Source: Auanema rhodensis
Taxonomy: Eukaryota > Animalia > Nematoda
DNA length: 64,000 nucleotides
Assembly: GCA_964057225.1 (NCBI GenBank)
Contig: OZ059896.1
Coordinates: 21,142,001 to 21,206,000 of the forward strand
Direction of reading: 5' to 3'
Shown here: positions 41,601-56,508 of the stretch, piece after piece
How the letters are laid out: every line of letters starts with the position of its first letter
Numbering within the stretch: the stretch's first letter is position 1
Notes under the pieces: model-generated
Told to the model about the DNA's origin: nothing
The model's database searches: none
The model's input: only the letters and a program-made list of their open reading frames with translations
Position numbers and translations under genes: made by a program

Positions 41601-42468
41601 CAAATCTGATAACACAGATCGACGCAGCTTAAAAATCCGCATCGAATGCACTATACTACATTGAGAAACGCTTAATACAAAAATTAGTTATGATCGTTTG
41701 AAAAATGATGCATTAGTGTATGTTGAGTTTCCATGTACACTCAACATTGCTTCCAAAAACATTTTGACAAAAATTTTTTCGAAAAATTTCAAAATAATTT
41801 AGCAAAACGTAGATGTTTTTAGATTCCATTTTTCAAGGCAAAGACGATGGACAATGTTATTCAACGAAAAAATTAATTCTTCAGGGTGAAAATCGAGGAT
41901 ATAAGTGTGAACTTATATCAGTTGATATCTCGGTGCATTTTTAAGCTAGAGCAAATCTGATAACACTGATCGACGCAGCTTAAAAATCCGCATCGAATGC
42001 ACTATACTACATTGAGAAACGCTTAATACAAAAATTAGTTATGATCGTTTGAAAAATGATGCATTAGTGTATGTTGAGTTTCCATGTACACTCAACATTG
42101 CTTCCAAAAACATTTTGACAAAAATTTTTTCGAAAAATTTCAAAATAATTTAGCAAAAAGTAGATGTTTTTAGATTCCATTTCTCAAGGCAAAGACGATG
42201 GACAATGTTATTCAACGAAAAAATTAATTCTTCAGGGTGAAAATCGAGGATATAAGTGTGAACTTATATCAGTTGATATCTCGGTGCAATTTTAAGCTAG
42301 CGCAAATCTGATAACACAGATCGACGCAGCTCAAAAATCCGCATCGAATGCACTATACTACAGTGAGAAACGCTTGATACAAGAATTAGTTATGATCGTT
42401 TGAAAAATGATGCATTAGTGTATGTTGAGTTTCCATGTACACTCAACATTGCTTCCAAAAACATTTTG
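36502..42468. repeat. 8-monomer tandem duplication (M105-M112 vs M113-M121) with one extra monomer
   Basis: GCTAGAGC at 38791 and 41950 (3159 = 9 x 351); ACAAGAATT in M112 and M121; TACTTCATT once in the left copy (M107) and twice in the right (M115, M116). Confidence 0.87.
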
Positions 42469-45400
42469 ACAAAAATTTTTTCGAAAAATTTCAAAATAAT
42501 TTAGCAAAAAGTAGATGTTTTTAGATTCCATTTTTCAAAGCAAAGACGATGGACAATGTTATTCAACGAAAAAATTAATTCTTCAGGGTGAAAATCGAGG
42601 ATATAAGTGTGAACTTATATCAGTTGATATCTCGGTGCATTTTTAAGCTAGCGCAAATCTGATAACACAGATCGACGCAGCTTAAAAATCCGGATCGAAT
42701 GCACTATACTACATTGAGAAACGCTCAATACAAAAATTAGTTATGATCGTTTGAAAAATGATGCATTAGTGTATGTTGAGTTTCCATGTACACTCAACAT
42801 TGCTTCCAAAAACATTTTGACAAAAATTTTTTCGAAAAATTTCAAAATAATTTAGCAAAAAGTAGATGTTTTTAGATTCCGTTTTTCAAGGCAAAGACGA
42901 TGGACAATGTTATTCAACGAAAAAATTAATTCTTCAGGGTGAAAATCGAGGATATAAGTGTGAACTTATATCAGTTGATATCTCGGTGCATTTTTAAGCT
43001 AGCGCAAATCTGATAACACAGATCGACGCAGCTTAAAAATCCGCATCGAATGCACTATACTACATTGAGAAACGCTCAATACAAAAATTAGTTATGATCG
43101 TTTGAAAAATGATGCATTAGTGTATGTTGAGTTTCCATGTACACTCAACATTGCTTCCAAAAACATTTTGACAAAAATTTTTTCGAAAAATTTCAAAATA
43201 ATTTAGCAAAAAGTAGATGTTTTTAGATTCCATTTTTCAAGGCAAAGACGATGGACAATGTTATTCAACGAAAAAATTAATTCTTCAGGGTGAAAATCGA
43301 GGATATAAGTGTGAACTTATATCAGTTGATATCTCGGTGCATTTTTAAGCTAGCGCAAATCTGATAACACAGATCGACGCAGCTTAAAAATCCGGATCGA
43401 ATGCACTATACTACATTGAGAAACGCTCAATACAAAAATTAGTTATGATCGTTTGAAAAATGATGCATTAGTGTATGTTGAGTTTCCATGTACACTCAAC
43501 ATTGCTTCCAAAAACATTTTGACAAAAATTTTTTCGAAAAATTTCAAAATAATTTAGCAAAAAGTAGATGTTTTTAGATTCCATTTCTCAAGGCAAAGAC
43601 GATGGACAATGTTATTCAACGAAAAAATTAATTCTTCAGGGTGAAAATCGAGGATATAAGTGTGAACTTATATCAGTTGATATCTCGGTGCATTTTTAAG
43701 CTAGCGCAAATCTGATAACACAGATCGACGCAGCTTAAAAATCCGCATCGAATGCACTATACTACATTGAGAAACGCTTAATACAAAAATTAGTTATGAT
43801 CGTTTGAAAAATGATGCATTAGTGTATGTTGAGTTTCCATGTACACTCAACATTGCTTCCAAAAACAATTTGAAAAAAATTTTTTCGAAAAATTTCAAAA
43901 TAATTTAGCAAAACGTAGATGTTTTTAGATTCCATTTTTCAAGGCAGAGACGATGGACAATGTTATTCAACGAAAAAATTAATTCTTCAGGGTGAAAATC
44001 GAGGATATAAGTGTGAACTTATATCAGTTGATATCTCGGTGCATTTTTAAGCTAGCGCAAATCTGATAACACTGATCGACGCAGCTTAAAAATCCGCATC
44101 GAATGCACTATACTACATTGAGAAACGCTTAATACAAAAATTAGTTATGATCGTTTGAAAAATGATGCATTAGTGTATGTTGAGTTTCCATGTACACTCA
44201 ACATTGCTTCCAAAAACATTTTGACAAAAATTTTTTCGAAAAATTTCAAAATAATTTAGCAAAAAGTAGATGTTTTTAGATTCCATTTCTCAAGGCAAAG
44301 ACGATGGACAATGTTATTCAACGAAAAAATTAATTCTTCAGGGTGAAAATCGAGGATATAAGTGTGAACTTATATCAGTTGATATCTCGGTGCAATTTTA
44401 AGCTAGCGCAAATCTGATAACACAGATCGACGCAACTCAAAAATCCGCATCGAATGCACTATACTACAGTGAGAAACGCTTGATACAAAAATTAGTTATG
44501 ATCGTTTGAAAAATGATGCATTAGTGTATGTTGAGTTTCCATGTACACTCAACATTGCTTCCAAAAACATTTTGACAAAAATTTTTTCGAAAAATTTCAA
44601 AATAATTTAGCAAAAAGTAGATGTTTTTAGATTCCATTTCTCAAGGCAAAGACGATTGACAATGTTATTCAACGAAAAAATTAATTCTTCAGGGTGAAAA
44701 TCGAGGATATAAGTGTGAACTTATATCAGTTGATATCTCGGTGCAATTTTAAGCTAGCGCAAATCTGATAACACAGATCGACGCAACTCAAAAATCCGCA
44801 TCGAATGCACTATACTACAGTGAGAAACGCTTGATACAAAAATTAGTTATGATCGTTTGAAAAATGATGCATTAGTGTATGTTGAGTTTCCATGTACACT
44901 CAACATTGCTTCCAAAAACATTTTGACAAAAATTTTTTCGAAAAATTTCAAAATAATTTAGCAAAAAGTAGATGTTTTTAGATTCCATTTTTCAAGGCAA
45001 AGACGATGGACAATGTTATTCAACGAAAAAAGTAATTCTTCAGGGTGAAAATCGAGGATATAAGTGTGAACTTATATCAGTTGATATCTCGGTGCATTTT
45101 TAAGCTAGCGCAAATCTGATAACACAGATCGACGCAGCTTAAAAATCCGGATCGAATGCACTATACTACATTGAGAAACGCTCAATACAAAAATTAGTTA
45201 TGATCGTTTGAAAAATGATGCATTAGTGTATGTTGAGTTTCCATGTACACTCAACATTGCTTCCAAAAACATTTTGACAAAAATTTTTTCGAAAAATTTC
45301 AAAATAATTTAGCAAAAAGTAGATGTTTTTAGATTCCGTTTTTCAAGGCAAAGACGATGGACAATGTTATTCAACGAAAAAATTATATCTTCAGGGTGAA

Positions 45401-48400
45401 AATCGAGGATATAAGTGTGAACTTATATCAGTTGATATCTCGGTGCATTTTTAAGCTAGCGCAAATCTGATAACACAGATCGACGCAGCTTAAAAATCCG
45501 CATCGAATGCACTATACTACATTGAGAAACGCTTGATACATAAATTAGTTATGATCGTTTGAAAAATGATGCATTAGTGTATGTTGAGTTTCCATGTACA
45601 CTCAACATTGCTTCCAAAAACATTTTGACAAAAATTTTTTCGAAAAATTTCAAAATAATTTAGCAAAAAGTAGATGTTTTTAGATTCCATTTTTCAAGGC
45701 AAAGACGATGGACAATGTTATTCAACGAAAAAATTAATTCTTCAGGGTGAAAATCGAGGATATAAGTGTGAACTTATATCAGTTGATATCTCGGTGCATT
45801 TTTAAGCTAGCGCAAATCTGATAACACAGATCGACGCAGCTTAAAAATCCGGATCGAATGCACTATACTACATTGAGAAACGCTCAATACAAAAATTAGT
45901 TATGATCGTTTGAAAAATGATGCATTAGTGTATGTTGAGTTTCCATGTACACTCAACATTGCTTCCAAAAACATTTTGACAAAAATTTTTTCGAAAAATT
46001 TCAAAATAATTTAGCAAAAAGTAGATGTTTTTAGATTCCATTTTTCAAGGCAAAGACGATGGACAATGTTATTCAACGAAAAAATTAATTCTTCAGGGTG
46101 AAAATCGAGGATATAAGTGTGAACTTATATCAGTTGATATCTCGGTGCATTTTTAAGCTAGCGCAAATCTGATAACACAGATCGACGCAGCTTAAAAATC
46201 CGGATCGAATGCACTATACTACATTGAGAAACGCTCAATACAAAAATTAGTTATGATCGTTTGAAAAATGATGCATTAGTGTATGTTGAGTTTCCATGTA
46301 CACTCAACATTGCTTCCAAAAACATTTTGACAAAAATTTTTTCGAAAAATTTCAAAATAATTTAGCAAAAAGTAGATGTTTTTAGATTCCATTCCTCAAG
46401 GCAAAGACGATGGACAATGTTATTCAACGAAAAAATTAATTCTTCAGGGTGAAAATCGAGGATATAAGTGTGAACTTATATCAGTTGATATCTCGGTGCA
46501 TTTTTAAGCTAGCGCAAATCTGATAACACAGATCGACGCAGCTTAAAAATCCGCATCGAATGCACTATACTACATTGAGAAACGCTTAATACAAAAATTA
46601 GTTATGATCGTTTGAAAAATGATGCATTAGTGTATGTTGAGTTTCCATGTACACTCAACATTGCTTCCAAAAACATTTTGACAAAAATTTTTTCGAAAAA
46701 TTTCAAAATAATTTAGCAAAAAGTAGATGTTTTTAGATTCCATTTCTCAAGGTAAAGACGATGGACAATGTTATTCAACGAAAAAATTAATTCTTCAGGG
46801 TGAAAATCGAGGATATAAGTGTGAACTTATATCAGTTGATATCTCGGTGCAATTTTAAGCTAGCGCAAATCTGATAACACAGATCGACGCAACTCAAAAA
46901 TCCGCATCGAATGCACTATACTACAGTGAGAAACGCTTGATACAAAAATTAGTTATGATCGTTTGAAAAATGATGCATTAGTGTATGTTGAGTTTCCATG
47001 TACACTCAACATTGCTTCCAAAAACATTTTGACAAAAATTTTTTCGAAAAATTTCAAAATAATTTAGCAAAAAGTAGATGTTTTTAGATTCCATTTTTCA
47101 AGGCAAAGACGATGGACAATGTTATTCAACGAAAAAATTAATTCTTCAGGGTGAAAATCGAGGATATAAGTGTGAACTTATATCAGTTGATATCTCGGTG
47201 CATTTTTAAGCTAGCGCAAATCTGATAACACAGATCGACGCAGCTTAAAAATCCGGATCGAATGCACTATACTACATTGAGAAACGCTCAATACAAAAAT
47301 TAGTTATGATCGTTTGAAAAATGATGCATTAGTGTATGTTGAGTTTCCATGTACACTCAACATTGCTTCCAAAAACATTTTGACAAAAATTTTTTCGAAA
47401 AATTTCAAAATAATTTAGCAAAAAGTAGATGTTTTTAGATTTCGTTTTTCAAGGCAAAGACGATGGACAATGTTATTCAACGAAAAAATTATATCTTCAG
47501 GGTGAAAATCGAGGATATAAGTGTGAACTTATATCAGTTGATATCTCGGTGCATTTTTAAGCTAGCGCAAATCTGATAACACAGATCGACGCAGCTTAAA
47601 AATCCGCATCGAATGCACTATACTACATTGAGAAACGCTTGATACATAAATTAGTTATGATCGTTTGAAAAATGATGCATTAGTGTATGTTGAGTTTCCA
47701 TGTACACTCAACATTGCTTCCAAAAACATTTTGACAAAAATTTTTTCGAAAAATTTCAAAATAATTTAGCAAAAAGTAGATGTTTTTAGATTCCATTTTT
47801 CAAGGCAAAGACGATGGACAATGTTATTCAACGAAAAAATTAATTCTTCAGGGTGAAAATCGAGGATATAAGTGTGAACTTATATCAGTTGATATCTCGG
47901 TGCATTTTTAAGCTAGCGCAAATCTGATAACACAGATCGACGCAGCTTAAAAATCCGGATCGAATGCACTATACTACATTGAGAAACGCTCAATACAAAA
48001 ATTAGTTATGATCGTTTGAAAAATGATGCATTAGTGTATGTTGAGTTTCCATGTACACTCAACATTGCTTCCAAAAACATTTTGACAAAAATTTTTTCGA
48101 AAAATTTCAAAATAATTTAGCAAAAAGTAGATGTTTTTAGATTCCGTTTTTCAAGGCAAAGACGATGGACAATGTTATTCAACGAAAAAATTAATTCTTC
48201 AGGGTGAAAATCGAGGATATAAGTGTGAACTTATATCAGTTGATATCTCGGTGCATTTTTGAGCTAGCGCAAATCTGATAACACAGATCGACGCAGCTTA
48301 AAAATCCGCATCGAATGCACTATACTACATTGAGAAACGCTTGATACAAAAATTAGTTATGATCGTTTGAAAAATGATGCATTAGTGTATGTTGAGTTTC

Positions 48401-49839
48401 CATGTACACTCAACATTGCTTCCAAAAACATTTTGACAAAAATTTTTTCGAAAAATTTCAAAATAATTTAGCAAAAAGTAGATGTTTTTAGATTCCTTTT
48501 TTCAAGGCAAAGACGATGGACAATGTTATTCAACGAAAAAATTAATTCGTCAGGATGAAAATCGAGGATATAAGTGTGAACTTATATCAGTTGATATCTC
48601 GGTGCATTTTTAAGCTAGCGCAAATCTGATAACACAGATCGACGCAGTTTGAAAATCCGCATCGAATGCACTATACTACATTGAGAAACGCTTGATACAT
48701 AAATTAGTTATGATCGTTTGAAAAATGATGCATTAGTGTATGTTGAGTTTCCATGTACACTCAACATTGCTTCCAAAAACATTTTGACAAAAATTTTTTC
48801 GAAAAATTTCAAAATAATTTAGCAAAAAGTAGATGTTTTTAGATTCCATTTTTCAAGGCAAAGACGATGGACAATGTTATTCAACGAAAAAATTAATTCT
48901 TCAGGGTGAAAATCGAGGATATAAGTGTGAACTTATATCAGTTGATATCTCGGTGCATTTTTAAGCTAGCGCAAATCTGATAACACAGATCGACGCAGCT
49001 TAAAAATCCGGATCGAATGCACTATACTACATTGAGAAACGCTCAATACAAAAATTAGTTATGATCGTTTGAAAAATGATGCATTAGTGTATGTTGAGTT
49101 TCCATGTACACTCAACATTGCTTCCAAAAACATTTTGACAAAAATTTTTTCGAAAAATTTCAAAATAATTTAGCAAAAAGTAGATGTTTTTAGATTCCGT
49201 TTTTCAAGGCAAAGACGATGGACAATGTTATTCAACGAAAAAATTAATTCTTCAGGGTGAAAATCGAGGATATAAGTGTGAACTTATATCAGTTGATATC
49301 TCGGTGCATTTTTAAGCTAGCGCAAATCTGATAACACAGATCGACGCAGCTTAAAAATCCGGATCGAATGCACTATACTACATTGAGAAACGCTCAATAC
49401 AAAAATTAGTTATGATCGTTTGAAAAATGATGCATTAGTGTATGTTGAGTTTCCATGTACACTCAACATTGCTTCCAAAAACATTTTGACAAAAATTTTT
49501 TCGAAAAATTTCAAAATAATTTAGCAAAAAGTAGATGTTTTTAGATTCCGTTTTTCAAGGCAAAGACGATGGACAATGTTATTCAACGAAAAAATTAATT
49601 CTTCAGGGTGAAAATCGAGGATATAAGTGTGAACTTATATCAGTTGATATCTCGGTGCATTTTTAAGCTAGCGCAAATCTGATAACACAGATCGACGCAG
49701 CTTAAAAATCCGCATCGAATGCACTATACTACATTGAGAAACGCTTGATACAAAAATTAGTTATGATCGTTTGAAAAATGATGCATTAGTGTATGTTGAG
49801 TTTCCATGTACACTCAACATTGCTTCCAAAAACATTTTG

Positions 49840-51945
49840 ACAAAAATTTTTTCGAAAAATTTCAAAATAATTTAGCAAAAAGTAGATGTTTTTAGATTCC
49901 TTTTTTCAAGGCAAAGACGATGGACAATGTTATTCAACGAAAAAATTAATTCGTCAGGGTGAATATCGAGGATATAAGTGTGAACTTATATCAGTTGATA
50001 TCTCGGTGCATTTTTAAGCTAGCGCAAATCTGATAACACAGATCGACGCAGCTTAAAAATCCGGATCGAATGCACTATACTACATTGAGAAACGCTCAAT
50101 ACAAAAATTAGTTATGATCGTTTGAAAAATGATGCATTAGTGTATGTTGAGTTTCCATGTACACTCAACATTGCTTCCAAAAACATTTTGACAAAAATTT
50201 TTTCGAAAAATTTCAAAATAATTTAGCAAAAAGTAGATGTTTTTAGATTCCGTTTTTCAAGGCAAAGACGATGGACAATGTTATTCAACGAAAAAATTAA
50301 TTCTTCAGGGTGAAAATCGAGGATATAAGTGTGAACTTATATCAGTTGATATCTCGGTGCATTTTTAAGCTAGCGCAAATCTGATAACACAGATCGACGC
50401 AGCTTAAAAATCCGCATCGAATGCACTATACTACATTGAGAAACGCTTAATACAAAAATTAGTTATGATCGTTTGAAAAATGATGCATTAGTGTATGTTG
50501 AGTTTCCATGTACACTCAACATTGCTTCCAAAAACATTTTGACAAAAATTTTTTCGAAAAATTTCACAATAATTTAGCAAAACGTAGATGTTTTTAGATT
50601 CCATTTTTCAAGGCAAAGACGATGGACAATGTTATTCAACGAAAAAATTAATTCTTCAGGGTGAAAATCGAGGATATAAGTGTGAACTTATATCAGTTGA
50701 TATCTCGGTGCATTTTTAAGCTAGCGCAAATCTGATAACACTGATCGACGCAGCTTAAAAATCCGCATCGAATGCACTATACTACATTGAGAAACGCTTG
50801 ATACAAAAATTAGTTATGATCGTTTGAAAAATGATGCATTAGTGTATGTTGAGTTTCCATGTACACTCAACATTGCTTCCAAAAACATTTTGACAAAAAT
50901 TTTTTCGAAAAATTTCAAAATAATTTAGCAAAAAGTAGATGTTTTTAGATTCCTTTTTTCAAGGCAAAGACGATGGACAATGTTATTCAACGAAAAAATT
51001 AATTCGTCAGGGTGAATATCGAGGATATAAGTGTGAACTTATATCAGTTGATATCTCGGTGCATTTTTAAGCTAGCGCAAATCTGATAACACAGATCGAC
51101 GCAGCTTAAAAATCCGGATCGAATGCACTATACTACATTGAGAAACGCTCAATACAAAAATTAGTTATGATCGTTTGAAAAATGATGCATTAGTGTATGT
51201 TGAGTTTCCATGTACACTCAACATTGCTTCCAAAAACATTTTGACAAAAATTTTTTCGAAAAATTTCAAAATAATTTAGCAAAAAGTAGATGTTTTTAGA
51301 TTCCGTTTTTCAAGGCAAAGACGATGGACAATGTTATTCAACGAAAAAATTAATTCTTCAGGGTGAAAATCGAGGATATAAGTGTGAACTTATATCAGTT
51401 GATATCTCGGTGCATTTTTAAGCTAGCGCAAATCTGATAACACAGATCGACGCAGCTTAAAAATCCGCATCGAATGCACTATACTACATTGAGAAACGCT
51501 TAATACAAAAATTAGTTATGATCGTTTGAAAAATGATGCATTAGTGTATGTTGAGTTTCCATGTACACTCAACATTGCTTCCAAAAACATTTTGACAAAA
51601 ATTTTTTCGAAAAATTTCACAATAATTTAGCAAAACGTAGATGTTTTTAGATTCCATTTTTCAAGGCAAAGACGATGGACAATGTTATTCAACGAAAAAA
51701 TTAATTCTTCAGGGTGAAAATCGAGGATATAAGTGTGAACTTATATCAGTTGATATCTCGGTGCATTTTTAAGCTAGCGCAAATCTGATAACACTGATCG
51801 ACGCAGCTTAAAAATCCGCATCGAATGCACTATACTACATTGAGAAACGCTTAATACAAAAATTAGTTATGATCATTTGAAAAATGATGCATTAGTGTAT
51901 GTTGAGTTTCCATGTACACTCAACATTGCTTCCAAAAACATTTTG
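49840..51945. repeat. Local trimeric HOR (1053 bp x 2): M143-M145 vs M146-M148
   Basis: GAATATCG at 49964 and 51017; TTCACAAT in M145 and M148. Confidence 0.87.
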
Positions 51946-54900
51946 ACAAAAATTTTTTCGAAAAATTTCAAAATAATTTAGCAAAAAGTAGATGTTTTTA
52001 GATTCCATTTCTCAAGGCAAAGACGATGGACAATGTTATTCAACGAAAAAATCAATTCTTCAGGGTGAAAATCGAGGATATAAGTGTGAACTTATATCAG
52101 TTGATATCTCGGTGCAATTTTAAGCTAGCGCAAATCTGATAACACAGATCGACGCAACTCAAAAATCCGCATCGAATGCACTATACTACAGTGAGAAACG
52201 CTTGATACAAAAATTAGTTATGATCGTTTGAAAAATGATGCATTAGTGTATGTTGAGTTTCCATGTACACTCAACATAGCTTCCAAAAACATTTTGACAA
52301 AAATTTTTTCGAAAAATTTCAAAATAATTTAGCAAAAAGTAGATGTTTTGAGATTCCATTTTTCAAGGCAAAGACGATGGACAATGTTATTCAACGAAAA
52401 AATTAATTCTTCAGGGTGAAAATCGAGGATATAAGTGTGAACTTATATCAGTTGATATCTCGGTGCATTTTTAAGCTAGCGCAAATCTGATAACACAGAT
52501 CGACGCAGCTTAAAAATCCGGATCGAATGCACTATACTACATTGAGAAACGCTCAATACAAAAATTAGTTATGATCGTTTGAAAAATGATGCATTAGTGT
52601 ATGTTGAGTTTCCATGTACACTCAACATTGCTTCCAAAAACATTTTGACAAAAATTTTTTCGAAAAATTTCAAAATAATTTAGCAAAAAGTAGATGTTTT
52701 TAGATTTCGTTTTTCAAGGCAAAGACGATGGACAATGTTATTCAACGAAAAAATTAATTCTTCAGGGTGAAAATCGAGGATATAAGTGTGAACTTATATC
52801 AGTTGATATCTCGGTGCATTTTTAAGCTAGCGCAAATCTGATAACACAGATCGACGCAGCTTAAAAATCCGCATCGAATGCACTATACTACATTGAGAAA
52901 CGCTTGATACATAAATTAGTTATGATCGTTTGAAAAATGATGCATTAGTGTATGTTGAGTTTCCATGTACACTCAACATTGCTTCCAAAAACATTTTGAC
53001 AAAAATTTTTTCGAAAAATTTCAAAATAATTTAGCAAAAAGTAGATGTTTTTAGATTCCATTTTTCAAGGCAAAGACGATGGACAATGTTATTCAACGAA
53101 AAAATTAATTCTTCAGGGTGAAAATCGAGGATATAAGTGTGAACTTATATCAGTTGATATCTCGGTGCATTTTTAAGCTAGCGCAAATCTGATAACACAG
53201 ATCGACGCAGCTTAAAAATCCGGATCGAATGCACTATACTACATTGAGAAACGCTCAATACAAAAATTAGTTATAATCGTTTGAAAAATGATGCATTAGT
53301 GTATGTTGAGTTTCCATGTACACTCAACATTGCTTCCAAAAACATTTTGACAAAAATTTTTTCGAAAAATTTCAAAATAATTCAGCAAAAAGTAGATGTT
53401 TTTAGATTCCGTTTTTCAAGGCAAAGACGATGGACAATGTTATTCAACGAAAAAATTAATTCTTCAGGGTGAAAATCGAGGATATAAGTGTGAACTTATA
53501 TCAGTTGATATCTCGGTGCATTTTTAAGCTAGCGCAAATCTGATAACACAGATCGACGCAGCTTAAAAATCCGCATCGAATGCACTATACTACATTGAGA
53601 AACGCTTGATACATAAATTAGTTATGATCGTTTGAAAAATGATGCATTAGTGTATGTTGAGTTTCCATGTACACTCAACATTGCTTCCAAAAACATTTTG
53701 ACAAAAATTTTTTCGAAAAATTTCAAAATAATTTAGCAAAAAGTAGATGTTTTTAGATTCCATTTTTCAAGGCAAAGACGATGGACAATGTTATTCAACG
53801 AAAAAATTAATTCTTCAGGGTGAAAATCGAGGATATAAGTGTGAACTTATATCAGTTGATATCTCGGTGCATTTTTAAGCTAGCGCAAATCTGATAACAC
53901 AGATCGACGCAGCTTAAAAATCCGGATCGAATGCACTATACTACATTGAGAAACGCTCAATACAAAAATTAGTTATAATCGTTTGAAAAATGATGCATTA
54001 GTGTATGTTGAGTTTCCATGTACACTCAACATTGCTTCCAAAAACATTTTGACAAAAATTTTTTCGAAAAATTTCAAAATAATTTAGCAAAAAGTAGATG
54101 TTTTTAGATTCCGTTTTTCAAGGCAAAGACGATGGACAATGTTATTCAACGAAAAAATTAATTCTTCAGGGTGAAAATCGAGGATATAAGTGTGAACTTA
54201 TATCAGTTGATATCTCGGTGCATTTTTAAGCTAGCGCAAATCTGATAACACAGATCGACGCAGCTTAAAAATCCGCATCGAATGCACTATACTACATTGA
54301 GAAACGCTTGATACAAAAATTAGTTATGATCGTTTGAAAAATGATGCATTAGTGTATGTTGAGTTTCCATGTACACTCAACATTGCTTCCAAAAACATTT
54401 TGACAAAAATTTTTTCGAAAAATTTCAAAATAATTTAGCAAAAAGTAGATGTTTTTAGATTCCGTTTTTCAAGGCAAAGACGATGGACAATGTTATTCAA
54501 CGAAAAAATTAATTCTTCAGGGTGAAAATCGAGGATATAAGTGTGAACTTATATCAGTTGATATCTCGGTGCATTTTTAAGCTAGCGCAAATCTGATAAC
54601 ACAGATCGACGCAGCTTAAAAATCCGCATCGAATGCACTATACTACATTGAGAAACGCTTGATACAAAAATTAGTTATGATCGTTTGAAAAATGATGCAT
54701 TAGTGTATGTTGAGTTTCCATGTACACTCAACATTGCTTCCAAAAACATTTTGACAAAAATTTTTTCGAAAAATTTCAAAATAATTTAGCAAAAAGTAGA
54801 TGTTTTTAGATTCCGTTTTTCAAGGCAAAGACGATGGACAATGTTATTCAACGAAAAAATTAATTCTTCAGGGTGAAAATCGAGGATATAAGTGTGAACT

Positions 54901-56508
54901 TATATCAGTTGATATCTCGGTGCATTTTTAAGCTAGCGCAAATCTGATAACACAGATCGACGCAGCTTAAAAATCCGCATCGAATGCACTATACTACATT
55001 GAGAAACGCTTGATACAAAAATTAGTTATGATCGTTTGAAAAATGATGCATTAGTGTATGTTGAGTTTCCATGTACACTCAACATTGCTTCCAAAAACAT
55101 TTTGACAAAAATTTTTTCGAAAAATTTCAAAATAATTTAGCAAAAAGTAGATGTTTTTAGATTCCATTTTTCAAGGCAAAGACGATGGTTAATGTTATTC
55201 AACGAAAAAATTAATTCTTCAGGGTGAAAATCGAGGATATAAGTGTGAACTTATATCAGTTGATATCTCGGTGCATTTTTAAGCTAGCGCAAATCTGATA
55301 ACACAGATCGACGCAGCTTAAAAATCCGGATCGAATGCACTATACTACATTGAGAAACGCTCAATACAAAAATTAGTTATGATCGTTTGAAAAATGATGC
55401 ATTAGTGTATGTTGAGTTTCCATGTACACTCAACATTGCTTCCAAAAACATTTTGACAAAAATTTTTTCGAAAAATTTCAAAATAATTTAGCAAAAAGTA
55501 GATGTTTTTAGATTCCGTTTTTCAAGGCAAAGACGATGGACAATGTTATTCAACGAAAAAATTAATTCTTCAGGGTGAAAATCGAGGATATAAGTGTGAA
55601 CTTATATCAGTTGATATCTCGGTGCATTTTTAAGCTAGCGCAAATCTGATAACACAGATCGACGCAGCTTAAAAATCCGCATCGAATGCACTATACTACA
55701 TTGAGAAACGCTTAATACAAAAATTAGTTATGATCGTTTGAAAAATGATGCATTAGTGTATGTTGAGTTTCCATGTACACTCAACATTGCTTCCAAAAAC
55801 ATTTTGACAAAAATTTTTTCGAAAAATTTCAAAATAATTTAGCAAAACGTAGATGTTTTTAGATTCCATTTTTCAAGGCAAAGACGATGGACAATGTTAT
55901 TCAACGAAAAAATTAATTCTTCAGGGTGAAAATCGAGGATATAAGTGTGAACTTATATCAGTTGATATCTCGGTGCATTTTTAAGCTAGCGCAAATCTGA
56001 TAACACTGATCGACGCAGCTTAAAAATCCGCATCGAATGCACTATACTACATTGAGAAACGCTTAATACAAAAATTAGTTATGATCGTTTGAAAAATGAT
56101 GCATTAGTGTATGTTGAGTTTCCATGTACACTCAACATTGCTTCCAAAAACATTTTGACAAAAATTTTTTCGAAAAATTTCAAAATAATTTAGCAAAAAG
56201 TAGATGTTTTTAGATTCCATTTCTCAAGGCAAAGACGATGGACAATGTTATTCAACGAAAAAATTAATTCTTCAGGGTGAAAATCGAGGATATAAGTGTG
56301 AACTTATATCAGTTGATATCTCGGTGCAATTTTAAGCTAGCGCAAATCTGATAACACAGATCGACGCAGCTTAAAAATCCGCATCGAATGCACTATACTA
56401 CATTGAGAAACGCTTGATACATAAATTAGTTATGATCGTTTGAAAAATGATGCATTAGTGTATGTTGAGTTTCCATGTACACTCAACATTGCTTCCAAAA
56501 ACATTTTG

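Noticed and set aside
53281-53472. 63-aa ORF as a real CDS
   Set aside because: It lies wholly within satellite sequence, exists only through a singleton TAG>CAG, starts with TTG, and has the K/F/I/N-rich composition expected from AT-rich DNA.
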